Assembly (NCBI GenBank): GCA_963827235.1
Contig: CAWHAE010000017.1
Location: 96,001 to 160,000 of the forward strand
DNA: 64,000 nucleotides
Direction: 5' to 3'
DNA from: an uncultured bacterium
GTDB lineage: Bacteria; Chloroflexota; UBA5177; JANWHV01
Positions 31,181-40,547 of this stretch are shown piece by piece. Position numbers and translations under genes: made by a program. How positions within the stretch are numbered: position 1 is the stretch's first letter; the number at the start of each line of letters is the position of its first letter. The notes beneath the pieces are model-generated. The model had not been told where the DNA came from, ran no database searches, and was given only the letters and a program-made list of their open reading frames with translations.

Positions 31181-31453
31181 GATTTCTCCCTCGGATCATG
31201 CGTGACCGGGCCATCGCCCGCGACGTCCATTCAATCGCCTCATGCACGACCAGGTGCTCTCCGGATATCACCTCGGCAGACGGCTGGGGCGGTTTCACCC
31301 ACGGCTGCGAGTACCACGAAAGCCACGGTGTCCGACCAAGCCACGGCAGAATGGCGATACCACCAGCGGTTTGACGCCATCACTGCCCGCCACCCAATGC
31401 GAGGGCTGATGTGCGCTGCCGGTCATGTGCCAGGGTCGGTCACGGGCTGACTA

Positions 31454-31561
31454 TATTATTATGAAGCTCACACTATACATCCGAATTGTAGTGCATTCTC
31501 CCATCTATAGAAAGAGGATGTTTTACTGTTTGTTGACATTCGTTCGAGACGCGCCCATAGT
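31454..31561 (+). promoter_or_regulatory. Island promoter P10 with distal box
   Basis: Distal box 31454-31475 (minus: TAGTGTGAGCTTCATAATAATA), 32 nt, TAGAAAGAGGATGTTTTACTGT, 3 nt, TTGACA-N17-CATAGT. Confidence 0.78.
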
Positions 31562-31716
31562 ATGGAAGAGGCGCCCATCTCACGAAGCGCGAGGCAAGCC
31601 GCCCAACCGGAACACGCGTTCGCTCCGCGTGCGACGGCAGGATTCGCCCCTCGCCATCGGGAACCCTTCCGAGCGCGCGTCCGTATGTCGACAACCTGTT
31701 CAGTGAGCTCTGCCTT

Positions 31717-31776
31717 GGGAGCCGGAGGCAAACGCTCGAGATTGCATGCACCGAGGAAGCTCGACTGCTGCTGCAC
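31717..31776 (+). pseudogene. Remnant of DUF5335-like gene 3' end
   Basis: LEIACTEEARLLLH versus LEITCAEDARTLLH in 13089..13442; same position upstream of the paralogous gene. Confidence 0.65.
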
Positions 31777-31854
31777 ACCGCAGGGTAGCCATCCGAGGTG
31801 AAGGTGCGCCACGAGCCGGTGAGAGTACCGCGGGTGCATACTGGAGAATCTACC

Positions 31855-32562
31855 ATGGCCATGACACAAGAGGCGGTCTCCGACCACGTCAACCATCTGA
31901 TCGCGCACGGGCAACGGGTCTACGATTGTGACGGCAACAAGATTGGATCCGTGGCACTCCACGACATCCAGATGGGATGGATGACCGTGGACAAGGGTCC
32001 CTTCGTGCACCATACGCTCTACATCCCTTTCAGTGCTATCTCAACGATCGACAAGCGAGAGCTCACGCTCAGTCAGTCGAAAGATGACCTGCTGGCCGCC
32101 TACAGCAGTCCGCCTGCACGCACCGCGACGATGATCGAGGGCCCGGAGATAGCAGGCAAGCGCGCGCTCGGGCATGTCACCGTAACCACGGTCCCCAGTG
32201 GCTACACCGGCGAGCCGGTGCAGGTCGATCGGTCCAACCTCGATGAGATCAAGCGCCAAATCGCCGTAGGGATGCGCGTTTTCGATGTCCACGGCGACAA
32301 GGTGGGCGTACTCGATGCCTACAATGCGGCGCACGACTACCTCGAGCTCAGCAGGAGTCAGTTTCTGCCCCTCGACCTCTTTGTGCCCCTGGCGCTCGTT
32401 GATGGCGTGGACTTGGTTGCGTGCGACGTGCACCTCGCGGTCACAAAGGAGCATCTCAGCCGGGTATGCGTCGTGAGGCCGGACGACAGCTCGTCTTCCA
32501 GCACAATCGAGGGTCGGGAGAATCTACGCGAGTCAGGCGATCAGCGCAGCGCGATAGTGTGA
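31855..32562 (+). CDS. Two-domain PRC-barrel/DUF2171-like protein, copy 2
   Basis: Close paralog of 13531..14199; GGAG RBS. Confidence 0.8.
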   Translation: MAMTQEAVSDHVNHLIAHGQRVYDCDGNKIGSVALHDIQMGWMTVDKGPFVHHTLYIPFSAISTIDKRELTLSQSKDDLLAAYSSPPARTATMIEGPEIAGKRALGHVTVTTVPSGYTGEPVQVDRSNLDEIKRQIAVGMRVFDVHGDKVGVLDAYNAAHDYLELSRSQFLPLDLFVPLALVDGVDLVACDVHLAVTKEHLSRVCVVRPDDSSSSSTIEGRENLRESGDQRSAIV

Positions 32563-34826
32563 TCCTCGGCGCTTTGCCGCAGCGGTAAGCGCAGCGTCAC
32601 AGTCGTTCCTACTCCCTCGGTGCTCTCGATGGTGACGGTGCCGCCATGCTCCCGGATCATGTGGCGCACTCCCGCGAGCCCGATGCCGGTGCCAGGAATC
32701 GAGGCAGCCACGTTGCTCGCACGATAGTACTGCTCGCCGATGTGCGACATATCCGTGGGTGGGATGCCGAGCCCACTGTCGGAGACCTGAATGCTCAGCC
32801 ACCGGCCATCCGGTCCCACCGCTCGCGCCACTGAGACCACCACCGGCCCTCCCTCTGGACTGTACTTGATGGCATTGACCACGAGGTTCGCCACGGCGCG
32901 CTCCATGCGCCGCATGTCAACCAGGGCCACAATCTCCTGGTCCGCGCTCCGCAACACCAGCGTGTGCCTGTCCGTCGCAGGCTGATGTTCCGCGAGCACC
33001 CCCCGCAGCAGGCCGACAATGTCCGTCGATTCAAGTTTCAGCGCCAATGGGCCGCCGCTGGTCGCCCGTGCGTAGTCGAGCAGTTCGTCGATCTGCGCAT
33101 TCATGCGCTGGGCGCCGGCCTCGATGGTCTTCAGGCCGTGCAGAAAACGCTCGCGGTGCTGGGACTCGAGTTGCTCGGCACGCAGCTGGAGGATCTGACT
33201 CATGCCGGAAATGCTCGTCAACGGATTCCTGAGGTCGTGTGTTACCGTCGACAGCATTCGATCACGCTGCTGCTCCAGGTTCTTCAGCACCGAGGTGTCC
33301 TGGAACACGCCGACGGCGCCGCTGATTGCGCCGCTCGCGTCGCGTAGCGGCGCGCTGCTGGCCAGCACGGGTAGGCCCCGATTGGTCCTGGCGTTGCGCA
33401 GCAAGAGCTGCTGATCGCGTACGTCTTCACCAAATCGCAGTGACCGCAGTGCCGGCACATCGTCGGCGAGGCAAGGGCTGCCGTCCAGCCGGAAGATGCT
33501 GCCGGCAACGTCGACCTCTTCCTCGCCCACCATAGCCGCGGTGGTCTCGGCACCGACAAGGGCCTGTGCGGCGCCGTTGATCGCGGTGATGCGTGCGTCG
33601 GCGTCGAAGATGACAACGCCCACCGGCAGCATCGCCACGATCCGGTTGAGACGGTCACGCTCCGCAGCCAAGTCATCGCTGCGCTGCCGTTCCTCTCCAA
33701 AGAGGCGGGCATTCTCGATGGCCAGTCCAATGCGGTCCGCCACCAACTGCAGGACGGCGACATCCTCGGCGGTAAAGTGCCTCGGATCCGGCGTAGCTGC
33801 CTGCAGCACACCAAGCAGATGATCCTGAACTATGACGGGTACACCTGCGAGCGAGGCGGTCGGTTCTCGGAGCAGTGCGCCGGCGCAGTCGGCGGCACCG
33901 GGATCGTTCACGATGAGTGGCTGCCGTGACGACGCGACGCGTCCGGCAAGTCCCTGCCCAACCGGTAGCAAGATCTCAGCAGCCTGGTCATCCCGGCCGC
34001 CATGCGACAGGTACACCAGCAGGGACTGGCCGTCTTCACTGAGCAACAGCAGCTCGGCAGTGCCCACGGAGAGGGCCTCGGCCATGCGAGCCAGCAGGTG
34101 CTGCAACAGCTCTTGGGTCGGCAGGTGGGCAAAGGACGCATCCGTCACCGCCTGCACCGTTTGCAGTCTGCGGAGCGCCGCCTCGCTCTGCGCATGTGCC
34201 TGCTTTTCGGCGGCGAGCAGGCGATCGCGATCAGCCTGCTCAGCAATCAATCGCCGTCGCCGCGCCTCGCTGACGCTGCTGAGCAGGCTGATTGCCATAC
34301 CAAAGGCCAGCAAGAGCGCGAAGCTTGCAAGGTGCCAGAGGCCATCCGGCAGGCTGTAGGGTAGTGCTGCAACTCGTGGGGGCTCGGCGACGGAGCTCAG
34401 CACCAGCGCATTAGCTGCTGCAGCCAGGGTGGCGGGCCCAAGGCCCCACGTCACGGCCACATACAGTATGGCCAGGATTCCCAGCAGCCCATGATAACTG
34501 AAGCTGGGCAACGTGCGCTCGAGCACGAAGGTAGCTCCGGCAGCCAACGCAACCGGTGCAGCTGCCACGACATAGGTGGCGACTGGACCGCAGAGGGCGG
34601 CAGGCTGCCAGACGGGAGTCCACGTGTTGGCGGACAGCCATGCTCGTACACGCACCGGTGACCGTACTTCAGGCTGTGCAGACAGGCTTCTCATAAGTCG
34701 GTACTCTCTGAGGTGCGATACGGCCAATGAGCGGCGGTCGGCTACGGCGCATGTCTGGCGGGCAGGTGGCCCGTGGCTTCCGGCGACTCCAACACCCGTC
34801 ATCGCGGGTCCCAGATCACGCGTCAC
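32541..34826 (-). CDS. Membrane sensor histidine kinase (TM-GAF-PAS-HisKA-HATPase)
   Basis: THDLRNPLTSI H-box, NLVVNAIKYS, DSGLGI, GTGIGL; start may be 34694. Confidence 0.95.
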   Translation of the reverse strand: MTRDLGPAMTGVGVAGSHGPPARQTCAVADRRSLAVSHLREYRLMRSLSAQPEVRSPVRVRAWLSANTWTPVWQPAALCGPVATYVVAAAPVALAAGATFVLERTLPSFSYHGLLGILAILYVAVTWGLGPATLAAAANALVLSSVAEPPRVAALPYSLPDGLWHLASFALLLAFGMAISLLSSVSEARRRRLIAEQADRDRLLAAEKQAHAQSEAALRRLQTVQAVTDASFAHLPTQELLQHLLARMAEALSVGTAELLLLSEDGQSLLVYLSHGGRDDQAAEILLPVGQGLAGRVASSRQPLIVNDPGAADCAGALLREPTASLAGVPVIVQDHLLGVLQAATPDPRHFTAEDVAVLQLVADRIGLAIENARLFGEERQRSDDLAAERDRLNRIVAMLPVGVVIFDADARITAINGAAQALVGAETTAAMVGEEEVDVAGSIFRLDGSPCLADDVPALRSLRFGEDVRDQQLLLRNARTNRGLPVLASSAPLRDASGAISGAVGVFQDTSVLKNLEQQRDRMLSTVTHDLRNPLTSISGMSQILQLRAEQLESQHRERFLHGLKTIEAGAQRMNAQIDELLDYARATSGGPLALKLESTDIVGLLRGVLAEHQPATDRHTLVLRSADQEIVALVDMRRMERAVANLVVNAIKYSPEGGPVVVSVARAVGPDGRWLSIQVSDSGLGIPPTDMSHIGEQYYRASNVAASIPGTGIGLAGVRHMIREHGGTVTIESTEGVGTTVTLRLPLRQSAEDHTIALR

Positions 34827-34937
34827 CTGCTGAGTCTGGAGGCTTTCAGCGAGTGTGCGTGGCGCGGTTCAAGGAGTCAGGATGCGAAGTGCCGCAGGAA
34901 CGGGTCGACCTGTATCGGGTGGCGAGTTAACAATGGC

Positions 34938-34999
34938 AGCATACCGTTATCCCGCTTTTCCGCCAATATTAGCATAATAGCGTGAGCTTTATTAGCCTA
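34938..34999 (-). promoter_or_regulatory. Kinase promoter P11 with 22-bp box
   Basis: TTGGCG-N17-TATGCT; TAGCGTGAGCTTTATTAGCCTA (TAG-N16-CTA, plus strand) at 34978-34999, 11 bp upstream of -35. Confidence 0.6.
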
Positions 35000-35050
35000 T
35001 TCGAGGCTTGAAGTCGTGTTGCGCGCTTCCCAATCGGCAAGGCGCCGGTG

Positions 35051-35674
35051 CTAGAGGGTGGAGTGATCGTCGTCGCGCAACGCCTGCTGGAGCGCGTCCT
35101 GGTGGTGCACGATCGGATCGTCATCTCGCTGCTCGACGGTGACCTGGATCTTGCCCTCCAGTGCTTTGAGCGAACGGAGCAGGGTGATCATCAGATCGTC
35201 CTGCGCCTCAAGGTGGTGCAAGATAGCACGGTTCTCCTCCTCGGAGCGCTGGCCCACGACATAGCCGTTGTGCGCGGCCAGCCGATCCTTCTCCGCCTGC
35301 CGATTGGCACTCATGAGCAGGACGGGAGCGGCATAGGCGGCCTGAAAGGATAGAACCAGATTCAGGAGGATGAACGGGTAGGGGTCGAACGGCTTGAAAA
35401 CGACCTCTGCGACGTTGACCGCGATCCAGGCCGCGAGCACGCAGCTCTGGATGATCAGGAACCGCCAACTCCCCAACCGCCGAGCCACCGCGTCGGCAGC
35501 GCGCTGCCCAACGGTCATGCGGGCCTCGAAGAGCGCGTTCACGTTGAGGGCATCGTGGCCAACATGGCTCATTGGGGCAGGGAACCGCCGACTCAGCGAG
35601 GCGATGCTGGGAATTGAGTCCGCGGGAACGTCCGGTAGAGGAGCCTCCTCGCGGGCAAGCGTCGGCGTCGACAT
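35051..35674 (-). CDS. DUF1003 membrane protein
   Basis: GQRAADAVA..GSW.F, FDPYPFILLNL.LS.QAAYAAP.LLMS.NRQ. Confidence 0.9.
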   Translation of the reverse strand: MSTPTLAREEAPLPDVPADSIPSIASLSRRFPAPMSHVGHDALNVNALFEARMTVGQRAADAVARRLGSWRFLIIQSCVLAAWIAVNVAEVVFKPFDPYPFILLNLVLSFQAAYAAPVLLMSANRQAEKDRLAAHNGYVVGQRSEEENRAILHHLEAQDDLMITLLRSLKALEGKIQVTVEQRDDDPIVHHQDALQQALRDDDHSTL

Positions 35675-35773
35675 CCTGGACCTCCAAATGCGCGTGCGGT
35701 CTCCTTCAGCCCGCCCCGATCCCGTCGCGGCGCCCGGCTGCGCCGATGTTCGCCGGCAGAGGCCGCGTGCACG

Positions 35774-36193
35774 CTAACGGTTGTAGTACGGGTAGGTCGG
35801 GTAGCGGTACCCATCTTCCCAATACGGCATAAAGCTGTAGTAGCCATAGACATGGCCCCAGTAGTGCTTTTGCCGCTCGTCGACAAGCGCCGGATCGTAG
35901 CGCGGGGCTCCGCGGAGATGGTCGCCCCCGCGATCGATGGTGACCTCGCCGGCAGTAATGCTGGTGATCGCATCGACGGGAATCATCACGTGCGTGGCGC
36001 CGAGTCCAAGAAACCCGCCGCACTCGACGCAGAGGAACCGCACTTTGTTCTTGGCGTCATCGACCATCAAGCCGTCGATGGTGCCGACGCTGTTGCCCTC
36101 GTTATCCTGGACCTTCCGGCCCCGAACGTCCTCGTCGGCGTTAGCGACCGTCTCGCCGGCGTCATGTATTCTGCGCAGTGTCGAAGCCGACAT
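35774..36193 (-). CDS. PRC-barrel protein with Tyr-rich tail, copy 3
   Basis: Paralog of 9095..9514; AGGAGG RBS. Confidence 0.9.
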   Translation of the reverse strand: MSASTLRRIHDAGETVANADEDVRGRKVQDNEGNSVGTIDGLMVDDAKNKVRFLCVECGGFLGLGATHVMIPVDAITSITAGEVTIDRGGDHLRGAPRYDPALVDERQKHYWGHVYGYYSFMPYWEDGYRYPTYPYYNR

Positions 36194-36286
36194 CAACATC
36201 CTCCTACTCGTATCTTGTGCCCCGAGGGCACGTCCATTCCAACTGACCGACAGCAATCGCGGCTAATGCCGGGAAGGCTCCCCCCT

Positions 36287-36340
36287 AGCATGGGCGCCCT
36301 ACGACCCAAAGTCAATGATTTCTGAAATATCCTCTAGCTA
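36287..36340 (-). promoter_or_regulatory. Island promoter P12
   Basis: TAGCTAGAGGATATTTCAGAAA, 3 nt, TTGACT, N17, CATGCT. Confidence 0.8.
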
Positions 36341-36477
36341 TTGCCCGGAATTAGCGCAACTAAAGCGTGTTATGTCGTGATGATGCTGATCCTAAGTTCA
36401 ATCATGCGGCTGCCGACCTGGAATGCCAGGTTGTCACCAGGTCATCCCAACTGCCCGGACGGCCTCCTATTCCAAGG

Positions 36478-37539
36478 TCACTGGGCGCCATCATCCGTGT
36501 TCGTGTCGGTTCGCACGTGCGTGGCGCCGTCGCGTTGATCGACATCCGCACCCTCAGCTGTGGGCACCACCTTGTGGGAATCACGTGCGATGCCGGAGAA
36601 GACCAAGAATCGGTGATGGTGATGGCGCCTGGGAGCAACCGGCAGCACGCAGTCGACGTTTGCCGCGGCATGCTCCATCAAGATGCGGGTGATGTCGTAT
36701 TTCCACGGGCCAATGCCCATGCTGAGCGCGTTGATCTGAGCGCCAAGCAGCAAGATCAGCGAGAAGAACCAGAACCAGGTGATGGTGATGATGGCGGTCG
36801 CAATTGCCGCTGTGCTGTACTCTCGCGTGCCGATGAAGTGCGCCGTGTAGACGGGAAAGGCAGTGTTGACGACGGTCATGGCCACGGCGCCGAACAGCGC
36901 GCCGCGCCAGGTGGAACGCCAGGCTACAGGCCTGTTTGGCACTACCGTGTAGATCGCGGCGAAGAGCACAAAGAGAGCCAGCAGCGCCGTCGCGAAGCCA
37001 AGAGCCGCGGTTAGCGGGCCACTCAGAGCGCCCGGGAGGATCTTGCCGAGCGAGGTTGTGCCGGCGCCCAACACGAGCGAGGCGACGAACGAGAGCGGCA
37101 GTAGTACGGCGAACAGCAGGATCATGACCAATGACATGACCTTCTGCGGCACGATGTCACGTGTCTTGACGCGGAAGATGAAGGCAAAGGCGCTCTCGAT
37201 AGAGCTGAAGAGGTTCATGCCGCCCCAGAGGCAGCCGACGATGCTCACCAGCGTGAGCAGCTTGCTGGCGCTGTGGATCGAGGTCAACAGGTGCGCTACG
37301 TTCGCGTCCTTACCAAGGTTGGCCGGCAGGATGCGGTCAATCTGCGCGGCGAGTTGCGGCACGTTGTTCGACACCGCGGGAAGCACGGCGACCAGCGTGA
37401 TCAGTGCCAGGATCAGCGGCACGACCGACGTCATGACGTTGAAGGACACCATCGCGACCAGATTCATGCTGGTGTCGTTGTTGAACTTGTTGAACAGCGA
37501 CAGGCCGTAGTTCTTGGCCCGGCGACGCACGGAAGACAA
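36478..37539 (-). CDS. YihY/BrkB family membrane protein
   Basis: Six TM segments, IYTVVPNR..WR..W.GA, LILLLGAQIN; TTG start uncertain. Confidence 0.88.
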   Translation of the reverse strand: MSSVRRRAKNYGLSLFNKFNNDTSMNLVAMVSFNVMTSVVPLILALITLVAVLPAVSNNVPQLAAQIDRILPANLGKDANVAHLLTSIHSASKLLTLVSIVGCLWGGMNLFSSIESAFAFIFRVKTRDIVPQKVMSLVMILLFAVLLPLSFVASLVLGAGTTSLGKILPGALSGPLTAALGFATALLALFVLFAAIYTVVPNRPVAWRSTWRGALFGAVAMTVVNTAFPVYTAHFIGTREYSTAAIATAIITITWFWFFSLILLLGAQINALSMGIGPWKYDITRILMEHAAANVDCVLPVAPRRHHHHRFLVFSGIARDSHKVVPTAEGADVDQRDGATHVRTDTNTDDGAQ

Positions 37540-37542
37540 GCC

Positions 37543-37785
37543 TCAGTAGGTGGCCACGACGGGGCCATCGGCGCATGCATTCGTGGCGATCCGGCGCAGA
37601 GGCTCTTCGAGCACGCGGCCGCGAATGGCCACGCTGTCGTTGGCAATCGTGGGCGCGCCAAAGCTCTCGTCGAGCGGCACGATACGGCCCGTCCGACCCA
37701 GGGTCACGTTCACCGCGCCCTCGAGCGCGTCGGTACCGCGCTCGAGGGCGCGCAGCGCATCATCAAAGAGCGGTTGCTTAGCCAT
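37543..37785 (-). pseudogene. groEL: GroEL with a large internal deletion (80 aa)
   Basis: MAKQ.LFD..RALERG.DAL..AV.VTLG..GR.V.LD..FGAPTI.ND (N-terminus) joined in frame to [16 protein letters not shown] (late equatorial region). Confidence 0.85.
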
Positions 37786-37883
37786 AGGTATGTCCTCCTA
37801 CTAGAGCGGCACGGGCATGCCGACCGTTTGCCTTCCTGCCTCAGTGCAGCAACCCGCCTCAGACTACGGCCAGAATGTCTTTC

Positions 37884-38324
37884 TCAGACCGTGTTCTCGC
37901 GAGAGAATGCGCTGCCGCCGAGTGCCAGCAGTACCGCGCACACCATTCCCACCCACGCACCATCTGCGGAACCCGTATGATAGCTCGGACCATAGCCGGC
38001 TCCTTCGGTCACCATGAAGACGATCGTACAGGCCGCGGCGGCGATGCCGAATACAACCATCAGCCTTGCTTCACGCGGCGCCCAGACCTGCCACGGCTGA
38101 ACGAGGTGCCGGAGACCTGCCAGCGCTGCACCGGCGAACATGAGGCCCGCCGGAATGCCCCAACCGTGCCATGCATTGAAGTACATCGTATTGCCACCGT
38201 GCGGCGTGATGGCGTACCAGTGCAAGAAACTGGAGGCAAAGCCCACCGCGCCGGAGAGGATCAGCTGTATGCCGCTGTTCAGGCGGCCCAGCGCCTCGGG
38301 TAGCTGCGCGCGCCGCATGTCCAT
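37884..38324 (-). CDS. Hypothetical four-TM membrane protein
   Basis: Hydrophobic segments; TGATG coupling with the upstream gene. Confidence 0.7.
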   Translation of the reverse strand: MDMRRAQLPEALGRLNSGIQLILSGAVGFASSFLHWYAITPHGGNTMYFNAWHGWGIPAGLMFAGAALAGLRHLVQPWQVWAPREARLMVVFGIAAAACTIVFMVTEGAGYGPSYHTGSADGAWVGMVCAVLLALGGSAFSRENTV

Positions 38325-38716
38325 CACCGCCCAGGCGATGGCGCGTGAGCGAAGTACAGCGCGGCGACTGTACCCGACATCGTGGACACGGTCAGCGTAG
38401 CGCCCGCAGATCGCCAGGCATCCGCAAAGCGCACGTGGGTCGCCTTTGCGAGCGTGTGCATGGTGGCGTTCCCAGAAGCGTTTTCCAGAACAATCGTGAT
38501 CCGGTCCACGCCGTAATCTTCGTCCGCGGCGATCATGCGGAAACGTTGGTACGTGGCCACCACGGGGTCACGCGATTCTGCGTGAGTCAGCTCGAACGTC
38601 GCCTGCTCTCCTCGGTGCTCTTGACTGAGGTGCTCGAAGAACCTGGGCCACTGCGCGCGAGGAATCCCTTGTCCGGTCTGGAGAGGCTCGACAGCCTCTG
38701 CCTGCTGCTGCAACAT
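38324..38716 (-). CDS. DUF5335-like protein, divergent paralog
   Basis: GIPRAQWPRFFEHLSQEHRG resembles 13089..13442; AAGGAGG RBS. Confidence 0.7.
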   Translation of the reverse strand: MLQQQAEAVEPLQTGQGIPRAQWPRFFEHLSQEHRGEQATFELTHAESRDPVVATYQRFRMIAADEDYGVDRITIVLENASGNATMHTLAKATHVRFADAWRSAGATLTVSTMSGTVAALYFAHAPSPGR

Positions 38717-38842
38717 GTGCGGCCTCCTTGAGACTGTAAGGCGTCCGGCCTGGCATGGCTCGCGTCCCGCTCACAGAGCCGTACCGCGTTGCCCTTCACG
38801 CTTCTTCAGCGCGCCATCGCGAGCGCCGGAGCCGGTGTCTCT

Positions 38843-38897
38843 AGTATGGTCGGGTGCAATCAATGTGTCAAGCAATAGAAACAGTATACTCTAGCTA
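38843..38897 (-). promoter_or_regulatory. Island promoter P13
   Basis: TAGCTAGAGTATACTGTTTCTA, 4 nt, TTGACA, N17, CATACT. Confidence 0.78.
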
Positions 38898-39345
38898 TAG
38901 AGCTTGTCTTTCGGCATTCTGGGGCGATTAGACATGAAGCTCATATGGATAATGTCACCGAAGTGCTTTCAGAGCCCGTTGCCGCCGATGCCCGTCGCCA
39001 TGCGCGTTGGAGGAGGGTAGATCACACTACGGCCGTGGATTCCAGCATGGCCGCGAAGTGACCATGGAGGGCCACAGTATGCATGAGCTCAAGCAGGTAA
39101 CGTCGAGCACGGTCATCGACATTGCAGCGATGAGCAACAGTGCCAGCCGCCACGGCTTGACGGGGCGGGCGGCTGCTCGCGTGCGCAGTTGACCGCGCAG
39201 GCGAGAGGCGAGATGCTCAATCATGACTGAACACTCCGATGCGATCGGATCGTGCATGCTCTCCGAGCGAGGTTTGCTCCAGGCAGGGATGTATCACTCG
39301 TGCCCGGCGGGCCGAGGGCCCGAGGGCCGCTGAAGGGGATGCGAG

Positions 39346-39951
39346 ATGGTTATGAACAGCCCAACCGAAATGCTCGAAGCGGAGCATCGGGTGATTGCCA
39401 AGGTCATCGGAGCCGTGCCCGTATTGGCTGACCGGCTCGATGCGGGCCAGGCGGTGGACGTGGATCTGCTGCATGACATCGTTGACTTCATGCGTGTCTA
39501 CGCCGATCAGTGTCATCACGGCAAGGAAGAAGCACTGCTTTTCCCTGCCCTGGGCAAGAAAGGTGTGCCTCTTCAAGGCTGCCCGGTGGGGGCATTGATG
39601 GCGGAGCATGCGCGGGGCAGGGCACTCGTCAAGGAACTGGCGGAGGCGGCCGATGCGCACCACAAAGGGGATCTTGGCGGCAATGAGAGAGCCATTGGCG
39701 CGCTGCGGAGCATCGCGGCGCCCTATCCCAATCATATATGGAAGGAAGATTACTTGCTCTTTCCAATGACCGACAAGGTCCTGAGTACAGAAGAACAGCA
39801 ACTTCTCTCCGGTGAATTCGAGAAAGTAGAAGAATCTATCGGGCTGGACCAGCATCAACGTCTAGAAGCGTTTGCCGAGCACCTGGCAGAGATCACTTCG
39901 ACGGACGATGGGGAACTCGATGCTCACACATCCGTGTCTTCGCCCCTGTAG
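39346..39951 (+). CDS. Hemerythrin (HHE) domain protein
   Basis: EH.VI, CHHGKEEALLFP, AEH..GR, HIWKED.LLFP. Confidence 0.92.
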   Translation: MVMNSPTEMLEAEHRVIAKVIGAVPVLADRLDAGQAVDVDLLHDIVDFMRVYADQCHHGKEEALLFPALGKKGVPLQGCPVGALMAEHARGRALVKELAEAADAHHKGDLGGNERAIGALRSIAAPYPNHIWKEDYLLFPMTDKVLSTEEQQLLSGEFEKVEESIGLDQHQRLEAFAEHLAEITSTDDGELDAHTSVSSPL

Positions 39952-40072
39952 GCACCCACCGTGTGATATTGAGGTCGAGCTGATCACGAGGCTGACTGGA
40001 AAGCAGGCGCCCTCCGGCGCCGAGTCGATCTCACGCTGGGCTAGAAATTGATCAGTGTGGCACGGCCTGCTT

Positions 40073-40357
40073 CTACTCAGGATGACCGGTGGCGGCGCGA
40101 AGCCGGCGCCGCGTGGTTGGCCTGGGCACCGGTACCCAGCCGATGAGAATCCACCTGGTCGAGTCTGCCGTGTCCGGCCCAAAGATCAGCGCGAGGACCC
40201 GACGGTCCGCGTTGCGCGACACGAACGCGACAAGGAGCGCGTCGCCCACGTCCTGCTCGCCGCCCATCAGGCTCATGTCCGGATGGTTCGTCAGTACTTG
40301 GTGGAGCTCGCCTCGCGTTAATGACCCGGCCAGCTCGGGGAAAGGGCTAATCGCCAC
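40073..40357 (-). CDS. Small hypothetical protein
   Basis: GAGGAG RBS before GTG; protein-like composition. Confidence 0.45.
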   Translation of the reverse strand: MAISPFPELAGSLTRGELHQVLTNHPDMSLMGGEQDVGDALLVAFVSRNADRRVLALIFGPDTADSTRWILIGWVPVPRPTTRRRLRAATGHPE

Positions 40358-40419
40358 GTGTGCAACTCCTCACCGCTCATCGAATGCTATCGGTCTGACC
40401 TGTCCTTGGGCACTTGAGT

Positions 40420-40530
40420 CTTATCCGCGTCGTGGACATCCTAGAAGACGCGATCGTCCTGATGATGGAAGGTGACGGCGCTCAGTATACCGGGCACAGG
40501 AACGCCGCCGATGTGGAACCCCTTCAGCCA
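40420..40530 (-). pseudogene. Internal fragment of a third PH-like gene copy
   Basis: WLKGFHIGGVPVPGILSAVTFHHQDDRVF*DVHD matches copies A/B; Trp codon is now TAG. Confidence 0.85.
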
Positions 40531-40547
40531 GGCGTACGAATCCTCCT

